Source: Candidatus Scalindua sp. (GTDB lineage Bacteria; Planctomycetota; Brocadiia; Brocadiales; Scalinduaceae). Taken from it: DNA of 32,000 nt. The notes below the pieces were generated by a model that had not been told where the DNA came from, did no database searches, and was given only the letters and a program-made list of their open reading frames with translations. A program made the position numbers and the translations under genes. Below, in pieces: positions 22,777-31,734 of this stretch; the stretch's first letter is position 1, and the number at the start of each line of letters is the position of its first letter. Location of the stretch: the NCBI GenBank assembly GCA_031316235.1, contig JALDRA010000001.1, positions 2,160,001 through 2,192,000 on the forward strand. Direction: 5' to 3'.

Positions 22777-23730
22777 TTGTTATTTCAATCCATACTATTT
22801 TTTTTAGGTGTTTTCGGCGTATATGTTGGTGCTGAATGGTTTGTCAAAGGCTCCTCAAATTTATCACGTGACCTTGGGATAAGACCCATTATAATAGGAC
22901 TGACGGTTGTAGCCTTTGGAACTTCCAGCCCTGAATTAGCGGTCAGTCTGACAGCGGCTTTTAAAGGTTCAGATAACATTTCAATCGGGAATATCATCGG
23001 GAGTAATATAGCCAACATCGGGCTGGTTCTGGGCATTACGGCAATTGTTTTTCCTCTCAGGGTGGAAAGAATTATCATGAAGAAGGAGCTGCCCCTGATG
23101 ATCGGAATCTCGTTCCTCTTTTGTGTTATGGCTATGGATAAAGTGATTGGTGTTATTGATGGTTCGATTCTTTTTATGGGTATTTTCCTTTATGTTGGTT
23201 ATCAGATTTATAATACCGTAAACTCAAAAGTCAATGGAGAGAGTTCCGGCAGCATTAAGAAGAATGATTCGGCAATAAACAGGAAAACAGTATTGAGGAA
23301 TATTTTATATATCACACTCGGACTTCCGTTCCTTTTGGCCGGGGCACAATTGTTGGTTAAATCAGCAATTGGTATTGCAGGCGGATTCGGGGTAAGTGAA
23401 ATGGTTATCGGACTCACGGTAGTTGCTTTGGGGACATCAATACCGGAAATGGCAACATCAGTCGTAAGTGCCTTTAGAAGGGAGACAGATATCTGCGTGG
23501 GAAACATAATAGGGAGCAATATCTTTAATATCCTGATGGTAATTGGTTCAGTGGCTTTAGTCAGGCCGCTGGCAGTAAATCAAGATACACTCTTCTTCGA
23601 GCTTCCCGTCATGCTGCTCTTCTCAATCGCCTTAATACCCATGATAAGAGGGAACCTGACAGTAAACAGGATCGAAGGATTTTTACTGACTTTCGGTTAC
23701 GGTATATTTATTTTCTTCCTGTTTCGATAA
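22777..23730 (+). CDS. CaCA-family Ca2+/Na+ (cation) antiporter, YrbG type
   Basis: 317-aa polytopic ORF with the two alpha-repeat signatures GTSSPELAVS...GNIIGSNIANI and GTSIPEMATS...GNIIGSNIFNI. TTG start. Confidence 0.85.
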   Translation: MLFQSILFFLGVFGVYVGAEWFVKGSSNLSRDLGIRPIIIGLTVVAFGTSSPELAVSLTAAFKGSDNISIGNIIGSNIANIGLVLGITAIVFPLRVERIIMKKELPLMIGISFLFCVMAMDKVIGVIDGSILFMGIFLYVGYQIYNTVNSKVNGESSGSIKKNDSAINRKTVLRNILYITLGLPFLLAGAQLLVKSAIGIAGGFGVSEMVIGLTVVALGTSIPEMATSVVSAFRRETDICVGNIIGSNIFNILMVIGSVALVRPLAVNQDTLFFELPVMLLFSIALIPMIRGNLTVNRIEGFLLTFGYGIFIFFLFR

Positions 23731-23816
23731 ATCAGCAACTCAAAGGAGCTGATTTATGGCAGTTTGCCGCTGAACATGAAGCTGATAAAGAATTTTGAAT
23801 ATTTTTAGGCATAAGT

Positions 23817-24149
23817 ATGATATTACTGATCTTGTCCATAGTATCCCTGGTATTGACGGCTGTATGCTATTTTTTCTCCAGACCGTTTATCTGTACTCTA
23901 TTTGTCTCCATTTTTATCGTTTCGAACACGGTCCTGGCGTATGCCCTTCTCTATGATCAGCATGCCGTTATCTTTTTTTTTCTCATAACGGTATGTGTTA
24001 TATTTCCCGTTTCGTGTCTGGTCTCGTTTCTGTTTGATATTATGTACGGAATATTCTGTATTGATACCTCCTTTTCCCTGTTGATTGCGTGGGTTTTTTT
24101 GCCCTTATTACTTCCCATAAACCTGGTTCTTTTTTGCCTTGAAAACTAA
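23817..24149 (+). CDS. small hydrophobic protein, doubtful
   Basis: 110-aa very hydrophobic ORF overlapping the lpxB start by 11 nt. No recognisable motifs. Confidence 0.3.
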   Translation: MILLILSIVSLVLTAVCYFFSRPFICTLFVSIFIVSNTVLAYALLYDQHAVIFFFLITVCVIFPVSCLVSFLFDIMYGIFCIDTSFSLLIAWVFLPLLLPINLVLFCLEN

Positions 24150-25302
24150 AAAGATATTTATCAGTGCCGGTGAAGCGTCTGGAGATCTCCACGGTTCGAA
24201 CCTGATCAGGGAACTGTCAAGGCTGGATCCATCCATCGAAATCCATGGTTTGGGGAGAGCGCGGATGGTTGAGGCAGGACTTCGCTGTATTCATGACATG
24301 AGCTCTCGTTCTGTCATGTGGCTGCATACTCTGAAGAAGATTCCTGAATTGTGGGGAATCTTCTCGGACTGCAGGCGTTTCTTTGATGAAGAGAAACCGG
24401 AATTGGTTATACTTATTGATTATGCAGGCTTTAACTTTTATCTGGCGAAGTCTGCTAAAAAGAGGAATATCCCGGTTATGTACTATATAAGCCCTCAGCT
24501 CTGGGCCCATGCTCCGTGGAGGGTAAAAAAACTGAAGAAACTTGTTGACAAGATGGTGGTTATCTATCCATTTGAAGAAACTATCTTTAACCGTGGAGAT
24601 GTCCCCGTAACCTATGTCGGACATCCGCTTTTTGATGATCTCTGTACCCGCGTTATTGATAAGGAATTTAGTAAAAAATTGCGTCATGATAAACCAGGCC
24701 AGGTTATTTCATTGTTACCCGGCAGTCGAAAACAGGAAATCAGGAGGCTGGTACCAATTCTCCTGGAAGCAGCAGGCACGATACATCAGAATATCACCTC
24801 TGCCAGATTTATCGTGTCATGCAGCAATAAAAGAAATTTAGCATTGATACAGGAACTGATGGAGGACTATCTATCAGTCAACAGGCGGGAACAGTTACCA
24901 GTTGAGATTGTTCTGGAAAAAGTCTCAGAAATAATACAGGCCTCTGATCTTTGTATAACAAGTTCAGGAACGGTAACGTTGGAGATTGCTTACTATCAGG
25001 TTCCCATGATCATCTGTTATCGCATCTCACCGACAGCCTATTTCATTGCCAAACCATTTTTGAGCACTTCGTATGTCGGACTGGTCAATAAGATTGCGGA
25101 ACAAATGATTGTACCGGAAATATTAATGTATCGAGATGAAGATAAATGGCTGGCTGCGCGTGCAATAGAACTGTTGTCGAATACGGAAATGAGAGAAGAG
25201 TGTATGAAGGCCATCGAGAAAGTAAAGTCAAAAATAAGCCATCCCGGCGCATCGGAAAAGGCGGCAAAAGAGGCCTTGAGGTTGATCAATAAAAATAATT
25301 AA
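24139..25302 (+). CDS. lpxB: lipid-A-disaccharide synthase
   Basis: 387 aa. The N-terminal ISAGEASGDLHGSNLI signature and overall collinearity with E. coli LpxB as I recall it (IDYAGFN, YYISPQLWAH, VGHPL). TTG start. Confidence 0.85.
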   Translation: MKTKKIFISAGEASGDLHGSNLIRELSRLDPSIEIHGLGRARMVEAGLRCIHDMSSRSVMWLHTLKKIPELWGIFSDCRRFFDEEKPELVILIDYAGFNFYLAKSAKKRNIPVMYYISPQLWAHAPWRVKKLKKLVDKMVVIYPFEETIFNRGDVPVTYVGHPLFDDLCTRVIDKEFSKKLRHDKPGQVISLLPGSRKQEIRRLVPILLEAAGTIHQNITSARFIVSCSNKRNLALIQELMEDYLSVNRREQLPVEIVLEKVSEIIQASDLCITSSGTVTLEIAYYQVPMIICYRISPTAYFIAKPFLSTSYVGLVNKIAEQMIVPEILMYRDEDKWLAARAIELLSNTEMREECMKAIEKVKSKISHPGASEKAAKEALRLINKNN

Positions 25303-25415
25303 TAATTTCGAGTAAGTGGATCCTGCACAACTCGTTCAAAAGGGCACGAAACAACTACTTTTTTGCAGCTGTTTCACCCCTTTTGTGTATGAGGTTCCGC
25401 AATGGTCTTTCAATA

Positions 25416-27407
25416 CTACAGCCCTTCAGATTTTAACCTTTTATATATGGAGAATTCTCTTTCAGACTCTTTTACTTTCCACTTTGCCCGATAAATTATG
25501 CCCAGGGCAAAGTGGGCTTCTGCGTTATCAGGATCTATCCCAATTGCCGATCTCAACCTGAAAATCGCATCTTCCATGTTACCCTTCTTTGCGTAAGCAA
25601 TCCCGAGATTATAATTTGCATCACCATAATCAGCTTTCATTTCTATGGCATGTTTATATTCGTAAATTGCTTCATCGATCTGATTTTTAAAATCATAGGC
25701 AACGCCAAGGTTATTATAGGCTTTCGCATAAATAGGATTTAACTTTACCGCCTGTTTCCATTCGATAATGGCCCTGTCCAGGTCTCCCAGATGGCGATAG
25801 ATCAACCCTAAATTGTAATGTGCCTTGGCATGCGAAGGGTTAAGCTTTATCGCTCGATTTAATTCTGCAATGGCTTCTTCAGGCAGGTCTTTTTCAATAT
25901 AAATTGAGCCGAGATGATAGTGTGCTTCCGGATAATCTTCTTTTATCTTTATTGCCTTTTTCAGGGTACTAACGGCTTTATCCACCAGCCCCATGCTGTA
26001 ATAGGCAAATCCTAAATTATTATACGCCTTATAATGTTTCGGGTTTACTTCTAATGTTTTTTTCCATTCTGCAACCGCTTCCTCCATTAAACCTTTATCG
26101 CTGTAGGCATTTCCCAGGAGAAAATGGAGCAGGTCGTTGTCTGGTTTAAATTCAATCCCCTTTTTTAACATGTTTATGGCATCTTCGTAGAGCTCCTTTT
26201 TCAGATATGCAAAACTTAAGTTATAGTATGCCTCAGCATAATCCGGGGTGATCTCAATAGCCCTGTTGTACGCAGAAATAGCTTCATCCGGCAACCCTTT
26301 TTTATAATACACCACACCCATGTTAATGAATGCCTTCGCAAAAGAGGGATCTCTTTTTAAGGTTTCATTAAACTCTCTTAAAGAGTCGTTGAGCATGCTC
26401 TTTCTCAGATAAATTACACCCAGATTATAGTGGGCCCTTACATGATCGGGCTCTAATTCCAGCACCGCCTGAAATGCCGAAATCGCATCATTGAACATCC
26501 CCTGCTTGAAATAGGTAATTCCCCGGTTATAATGAACCTTTGGATCTGCCGGGTCAATTTCTGCAATATTCTCATATGTTATAATCGCATCCTCAAATTT
26601 TCCCATTTCATGAAATGTTATTGCCAGATTGTTCAGAATCCTCGTATCTTTCGGATCGATGGCAGACGCCTTGATCAATATTGATAACGCTTCATCCAGC
26701 ATCTCTTTCTTTCTATATGCCAGCCCCAGGTTGTAAAATGCATCGATAAAACCTGGTGCCAGTTCAATAGCTTTTTTCAGGTTTGAAATCGCACTTTCTA
26801 ACTGATCCTTCTCAAGATATACAGTGCCGAGATTATAGTATGATTCAGCATAATCGGCATTTACCGCTATCGCCTTTTCATACATTGATATTGCCTCATC
26901 GATTACTCCATTGGCACAATAAATATTCCCCAGGTTGTTTAAAGCCTGATAGTAATCAGGCTTTATTTCGACTGCCCGTTTAAATGCGGTAATCGCATCA
27001 TCTATCAACTCTTTTTTGTGATAGATAAAACCGAGATTATACTCTGCCATTGCATTGGCGGGATCAAGCTGCGTAATCTGTTTAAAGATATCGATTGCTT
27101 TTTCAAGCTCACCTTGCTGAAAAAAGATAGTACCCAGATAAGAATAGGCATTAACATAATTCTGATCTAATTCGATAATTTTGTTAAACTCGTCTATCGC
27201 CTCAGGTATCATTCCTTTATCATAAAACGCTAGTCCGAGAAAATAACGAACTTCAACATTTGATGGCTCTATTTCCAGGGCCTTCTGCAGTTCGTTAATA
27301 GAGTTCATCAGATCGGTTTTAACGTCTTCTTCTCCATGGACATACATGCCATGATGAAAAATCAGAACTGCAATGATAAGAAATGAAAAGTATTTGACTC
27401 GAGACAT
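25416..27407 (-). CDS. secreted tetratricopeptide-repeat protein (~18 consecutive TPRs)
   Basis: 663 aa. GGAGG RBS, signal peptide, then uninterrupted 34-aa periodicity (A..YNLG..Y...g..deAI..y..Ai.l.P..a.a). Confidence 0.9.
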   Translation of the reverse strand: MSRVKYFSFLIIAVLIFHHGMYVHGEEDVKTDLMNSINELQKALEIEPSNVEVRYFLGLAFYDKGMIPEAIDEFNKIIELDQNYVNAYSYLGTIFFQQGELEKAIDIFKQITQLDPANAMAEYNLGFIYHKKELIDDAITAFKRAVEIKPDYYQALNNLGNIYCANGVIDEAISMYEKAIAVNADYAESYYNLGTVYLEKDQLESAISNLKKAIELAPGFIDAFYNLGLAYRKKEMLDEALSILIKASAIDPKDTRILNNLAITFHEMGKFEDAIITYENIAEIDPADPKVHYNRGITYFKQGMFNDAISAFQAVLELEPDHVRAHYNLGVIYLRKSMLNDSLREFNETLKRDPSFAKAFINMGVVYYKKGLPDEAISAYNRAIEITPDYAEAYYNLSFAYLKKELYEDAINMLKKGIEFKPDNDLLHFLLGNAYSDKGLMEEAVAEWKKTLEVNPKHYKAYNNLGFAYYSMGLVDKAVSTLKKAIKIKEDYPEAHYHLGSIYIEKDLPEEAIAELNRAIKLNPSHAKAHYNLGLIYRHLGDLDRAIIEWKQAVKLNPIYAKAYNNLGVAYDFKNQIDEAIYEYKHAIEMKADYGDANYNLGIAYAKKGNMEDAIFRLRSAIGIDPDNAEAHFALGIIYRAKWKVKESEREFSIYKRLKSEGL

Positions 27408-27543
27408 AGCTTCCTCCTATCCTGTTATGTGTGGCTGGTTGTTTTATGGGAGATTGAAATATTTTACTGGTTACCCCGACCTGGTCAGGACGGGCTCTAA
27501 AATGGAAACCTGCGGTTTTCAAACTTTCCCATATCGTTAGTGT

Positions 27544-27562
27544 ATAAAAGAGCGAGGCGCTC
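27544..27562 (-). terminator. weak terminator-like hairpin after the 284-aa gene
   Basis: The minus strand reads GAGCG-cct-CGCTC followed by TTTTAT. Only a 5-bp stem. Confidence 0.3.
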
Positions 27563-27580
27563 ATCCAGGTCTTGTATCCG

Positions 27581-28435
27581 CTAAGGTAAGAGTAATGTTT
27601 CCATAACCTGTATTTCCGGTTCTTCGTCGATACCTTCTTCCAGAGTAACTGGTTGAACCTCACTTACTGAGACCTCTGCTTCTTTTTCCTGCTGACTGAA
27701 GACCGCACGCAATAGACTCATAGAGGCAATCTCTTCTGATGGATAGTGCAAAGGCGATGACACCTTATTTCCCGAAGACTGTTTATTCATGGCAGCGAAG
27801 CTGTCTTCAATAGATGCCATAATCATCCTTGTCCTACCCGGCGTGAACCCTTCAATTTCAGCAAATTTCACTTCATAGTTCAACGTTTCCTGTGGAATAC
27901 TGAAAGCGTGAAACCTCTCTTTGAGCATAAAAACATGATCAAGCTCTTCCAATGGCAAAAATGAGGGGTCCCCCATCAAATCTTTCTCAGGCTTTTCAAA
28001 TGGAGATTCAATAGTAAACTTTTCTGTTTTTGTCTGGGTAAATTCTCCGGGAATGATGTTTTCGAGTTTCTTGGCCAATAGTGCATCAGGCCTCTCTTTT
28101 TTTATACCCACTATTCTCTGCACCAGGAAATCACCTATAAGATATTCCTTAAAAGTATATTCTGGATGCCTTTTCTTCTGCATGCTGAAGTTTGCAAACA
28201 GAAACATGATGGCTATCAGCAATGATAATATGGTAACAATCATGGATGAAGAGTGAGGTATTACCTTCTTCAGGATATGGAGAAATATAACAAATAAAAG
28301 TGATGCGCAACCGACCTCAAAAAGACCTGCCTGCGATTTTCCTGTGAAGGTTATGTAGACAAATGCAGCTGCAATGAAAAAAAAAGCGATACAGATATAA
28401 ACAGTAGCCTTTTTAAAATTTTTCTTTATCGTCAT
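27581..28435 (-). CDS. membrane-anchored hypothetical protein
   Basis: 284-aa ORF with three N-terminal TM segments and an acidic soluble C-terminal part. No recognised motifs. Confidence 0.5.
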   Translation of the reverse strand: MTIKKNFKKATVYICIAFFFIAAAFVYITFTGKSQAGLFEVGCASLLFVIFLHILKKVIPHSSSMIVTILSLLIAIMFLFANFSMQKKRHPEYTFKEYLIGDFLVQRIVGIKKERPDALLAKKLENIIPGEFTQTKTEKFTIESPFEKPEKDLMGDPSFLPLEELDHVFMLKERFHAFSIPQETLNYEVKFAEIEGFTPGRTRMIMASIEDSFAAMNKQSSGNKVSSPLHYPSEEIASMSLLRAVFSQQEKEAEVSVSEVQPVTLEEGIDEEPEIQVMETLLLP

Positions 28436-28726
28436 GGAATGATTTGCCGTTCATTACTCAGGACGCAGGCTGCGCCTGAGGTTTCAGATCAAGAGAAGCT
28501 GACCGTGATAACAGACCAAGCCGTTTTTTCCTGAGTCCTCATGCATCAAGAGAAAGGCACTATAAAAGAGACGCTGAAAGATTTGCAAAAAATTTGTAAG
28601 CAGTAATGTTTGTAAGGGTTAATAATAGCGGAAAAAAAGATTTTTTCAAGCGAATTTACTTTTGCTTCACCCTGAACAGTGATAGAATTCTCTTTTGAGC
28701 AATAAAGTTCCGGTTAAGGGCCCAGG

Positions 28727-29194
28727 TTATTCGTTTCTTTTAAAAATATTCCAATCATGTTTCAGATCAAAATTGCCATCAAATTTAAACTTAATATCGA
28801 ATTCCTCTTTAAAATCATAAACATCCTTAAAGTCTTCCCGTGTATCTGTTTCGGTTTTACCCATTAAACCGCTTTCTACGAGATTAAAAACTATTTCCCC
28901 AAAATCCGCGCTTTTGGTAATACCCCATTGCTCTAAAACTTTCCTTGTCATATAACCGAACCTTTCTAATGCACACTGTTTGATTCCTTCTGAAAGTTCC
29001 TGCCCGGTGACATGACGTTCCTCCTCTTTCGAACTGTTATACTTCTTTCCGAGACTTGATGCAGTATAATCAAGTGCTTCAAAAATAAACTGGTACGCTT
29101 GTATTGAATACCGCTTATCCTTTTTTATGACATCCTGAAGTTTTTTCCATGTATCAAAAACTGTTTTTTTTCCCACATTTTTCTCTCTAAACAA
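28727..29194 (-). CDS. conserved hypothetical protein, Minf_1886-like (family recalled as Planctomycetes/Verrucomicrobia-enriched)
   Basis: 155 aa. RYSIQAYQFIFEALDYT...HVTGQELSEGIKQCALERFGYMT...WGI.KSADFGEIVFNLVESGLMGKTETDTREDF matches my memory of this family. The start is uncertain (TTG at 29194 or GTG at 29176). Confidence 0.6.
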   Translation of the reverse strand: MFREKNVGKKTVFDTWKKLQDVIKKDKRYSIQAYQFIFEALDYTASSLGKKYNSSKEEERHVTGQELSEGIKQCALERFGYMTRKVLEQWGITKSADFGEIVFNLVESGLMGKTETDTREDFKDVYDFKEEFDIKFKFDGNFDLKHDWNIFKRNE

Positions 29195-29209
29195 TCATAT
29201 CAACAAGGC

Positions 29210-29348
29210 TATACTAAAACAGATCTGGTTTTCGGTTTTACCGGAAACCAGATCCTGGTGAAGGTATCCCCGGACAAAAAGCGCCGAGGACTTTACTCGC
29301 TCAATTTTATCTCGGATTTTATCCGAAATCCAGTATGAGATGAGTATA
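29210..29348 (+). repeat. family-1 repeat, full-length copy C (139 bp)
   Basis: TATACTAAAACAGATCTGG...GAGATGAGTATA. The last base is immediately adjacent to the metG stop codon (29349-29351). Confidence 0.9.
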
Positions 29349-30893
29349 TTATAAGTTTTCCACCTTTGGGAACAGAGGAATTCCCTTTTGAACTTTTGTT
29401 TCCGGTTTCATACCACCCCATGCAACACCTTCGTAAGTAAGCTCATCATCTCCTTTCAAACCTAACTGTTTTTGTATCTCGATTGCCTTATTCGGCATAA
29501 AGGGAAAGATGAACAATGAAATTATCCTGATAGCCTCTAGCAGGTTATAGAGAACAGCATGTAAATTGTCCCTGGTATCAGGATCTTTTGCCAAAACCCA
29601 TGGCTTTGAAACCTCCACATATTTATTGACGAACCTGATATATTCCCAGATGCTCTCTAACGCCCGGCTGAATTGCAGGTTTTTCATTGAAAATTCTACC
29701 TCTTCATTGAGTGTTTGTAACTTTTCTTTCAATTCCAGACCCTCAAATGCCTTCCTTTTCGGTTCCGGAACAGTTCCGTTACAGTATTTCTCAATCATGG
29801 TTAAGGCTCTATGAAGAAGATTTCCCAAATCATTTGCCAGATCATTATTAATTCTGTTTGCAAGGGCACTGGTAGAAAAATTGCCGTCAAGACCAAATGG
29901 TACCTCTCTTAATAAAAAATATCTATACTCGTCTACTCCGTACCTATCTATTATCTTAATAGGATCTATTGCATTGCCTAAAGATTTTGAAATCTTCTGT
30001 CCTTCTAATGTCCACCATCCATGAGCAAAAATTTGATACGGTATTTCTATGCCTAACGACAGCAGCATTGCAGGCCATACAACACCATGGAACCACAGGA
30101 TCTCCTTTCCTATTATCTGCACATCTGCCGGCCAATATTTCTTGAAGATCTCGGAGGCACTGGTATATTCAAGAGCTGTTATGTAATTGAATAGTGCATC
30201 AACCCAGACATAAATAGTGTGGCTTGAATCCATTGGAACGGGAATACCCCATTCAACAGCAGCCCTGCTCACACTGATATCGTCTAAACCTTTTACGACC
30301 CTTTTGTGTAGTTCGTTTCTCCGGGATTCAGGTTTTATGAAATCGGGATGTTCTTCAAGGTATTGTAAAAGGATTTTTTGAAATTTAGACAGCCTGAAAA
30401 AATAATTTTTCTCCCTCAGTTTTTCCACTGAGCGATGGCATTCCGGGCAATTCCCGGAAATCAGCTGCATATCTGTCCAAAAACTTTCACATGGAACACA
30501 ATACCACCCTTCATATTCTCCTAAATAAATATCGCCATTTTCGAAAAGTTTTTTACATATGCTTTCAACCTGCCTGATGTGACGCTCCTCAGAGGTCCTT
30601 ATGAAGTCAGAGTGTAAAATATTACAGACTTCCCATAAGTGTTTGAAGACTTTTACCGTTCTGTCCGCTAACTCAACTGGCTTTTCATTATTTTCCCGGG
30701 CAGCTTTCTCTATCTTTTGTCCATGTTCGTCTGTTCCGGTCAGGAAAAATACGTCATAACCCCTCATCCTCTTGTATCTCGCTAATACATCAGCAGCTAT
30801 AGTCGTGTACGAATGGCCAATATGAGGTTTGTCATTAACATAATAAATCGGTGTTGTTACATAAAAGGTTTTTTTATTCACATTCTTTCCCAC
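29349..30893 (-). CDS. metG: methionine--tRNA ligase (short form without C-terminal tRNA-binding domain)
   Basis: 514 aa. TTPIYYVNDKPHIGH (HIGH), KISKSLGN (KMSKS), zinc knuckle CVPCESFW...CPECHR. GTG start. Confidence 0.95.
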   Translation of the reverse strand: MGKNVNKKTFYVTTPIYYVNDKPHIGHSYTTIAADVLARYKRMRGYDVFFLTGTDEHGQKIEKAARENNEKPVELADRTVKVFKHLWEVCNILHSDFIRTSEERHIRQVESICKKLFENGDIYLGEYEGWYCVPCESFWTDMQLISGNCPECHRSVEKLREKNYFFRLSKFQKILLQYLEEHPDFIKPESRRNELHKRVVKGLDDISVSRAAVEWGIPVPMDSSHTIYVWVDALFNYITALEYTSASEIFKKYWPADVQIIGKEILWFHGVVWPAMLLSLGIEIPYQIFAHGWWTLEGQKISKSLGNAIDPIKIIDRYGVDEYRYFLLREVPFGLDGNFSTSALANRINNDLANDLGNLLHRALTMIEKYCNGTVPEPKRKAFEGLELKEKLQTLNEEVEFSMKNLQFSRALESIWEYIRFVNKYVEVSKPWVLAKDPDTRDNLHAVLYNLLEAIRIISLFIFPFMPNKAIEIQKQLGLKGDDELTYEGVAWGGMKPETKVQKGIPLFPKVENL

Positions 30894-31734
30894 AATTGGT
30901 CGAACAGTTTTTTCTTACGTTAGTACGTTTTGTACTCTTTTTCTCTAAAATCTCACTATGAGACACCACCATTACCTTCTTATCCTTTGTTTCCATTGTT
31001 ACTTTTTGCTGAAGGACATCAAAATCAACAACTATGCCCTCACCTTTTGAAGTTTTTATAGAGGTCCCTCTTCTGGGAAGATGTTTTTTTAACGCTACAT
31101 ATGTATGATCTTCATATCGCAGGCAGCACATTAATCTGCCACATCTACCGGAAATCTTTGACGGATCAAGGGTCATTTTCTGGTTCTTTGCCATCCTCAT
31201 GGTGACAGGTTCCAGATCTTTCAAGAACGTTCTGCAGCAAAGTTCACGCCCACATTGCTGATACTCGGCCAACAATCTCGCCTCATCTCGAACACCTATC
31301 TGCTTGAGCTCAATCCTGGTTTTGTACTCCCTTGCCAGGTCTTTTACCAGCTCCCGGAAATCAATCCTGCCTTTTGCAAGAAAATAAAATATTATCTTTT
31401 TGCTTCCGAAAAGATGCTCTACCTTGGCAAGTTTCATTGGTAAATTATGCTCTTTAATTTTCTTCTTGCAGAAACGGTATTCTGAAGGTACAAGCTCTTC
31501 TTCTATATCCTGCTGTTTTTTTTTATCTTCTTCTGTTGCCTTGGAAAGAACCTCTCCCAGGGTTACCGACCCGGCTTCAACATTTTCTTGCTCATGCGAA
31601 ACAACTTCTCCAAATTCGATCCCGCGTGATGTCCGTATAATTATCTGGTCATCTTTCCTCAAAGCGGAAATCTTTGTAGTAAAATTGCCTATATTTTTTA
31701 AAATACCGTATCTTACGGTTATCTGGTAGTTCAT
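30874..31734 (-). CDS. PSP1 C-terminal domain protein (YaaT/RicT-like)
   Basis: 286 aa. The PSP1-type core (EYQQCGRELCCRTFL...GRCGRLMCCLRYE) and a Cys-rich tail NCSTNCGKECE. It overlaps the metG start by 20 nt. Confidence 0.85.
   Translation of the reverse strand: MNYQITVRYGILKNIGNFTTKISALRKDDQIIIRTSRGIEFGEVVSHEQENVEAGSVTLGEVLSKATEEDKKKQQDIEEELVPSEYRFCKKKIKEHNLPMKLAKVEHLFGSKKIIFYFLAKGRIDFRELVKDLAREYKTRIELKQIGVRDEARLLAEYQQCGRELCCRTFLKDLEPVTMRMAKNQKMTLDPSKISGRCGRLMCCLRYEDHTYVALKKHLPRRGTSIKTSKGEGIVVDFDVLQQKVTMETKDKKVMVVSHSEILEKKSTKRTNVRKNCSTNCGKECE

Noticed and set aside
23729-23755. Hairpin AAATCAGC...GCTGATTT after the CaCA gene as a terminator
   Set aside because: The stem is AT-rich and 8 bp with an 11-nt loop, and there is no downstream U-tract beyond the stem itself.
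25316-25561. 81-aa plus-strand ORF between lpxB and the TPR gene
   Set aside because: It is mostly antisense to the 3' end of the TPR gene. Low-complexity translation and no RBS.
4403-29348. Whether the recurring ~139-bp repeat could be a CRISPR array
   Set aside because: Copies are kilobases apart, in both orientations and 139 bp long. They are separated by ordinary genes rather than short, regularly sized spacers, and there are no cas genes.
510-31729. Numerous 60-140-aa antisense or off-frame ORFs nested in long CDSs (for example 510-815, 1668-1940, 6217-6528, 7381-7992, 12560-12925, 15003-16237, 21171-22214, 22785-23519, 24217-24687, 25038-25289, 29566-29814, 31255-31729)
   Set aside because: Each is fully contained in a longer ORF with clear family motifs on the other strand or frame. 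None has a recognisable motif or RBS.
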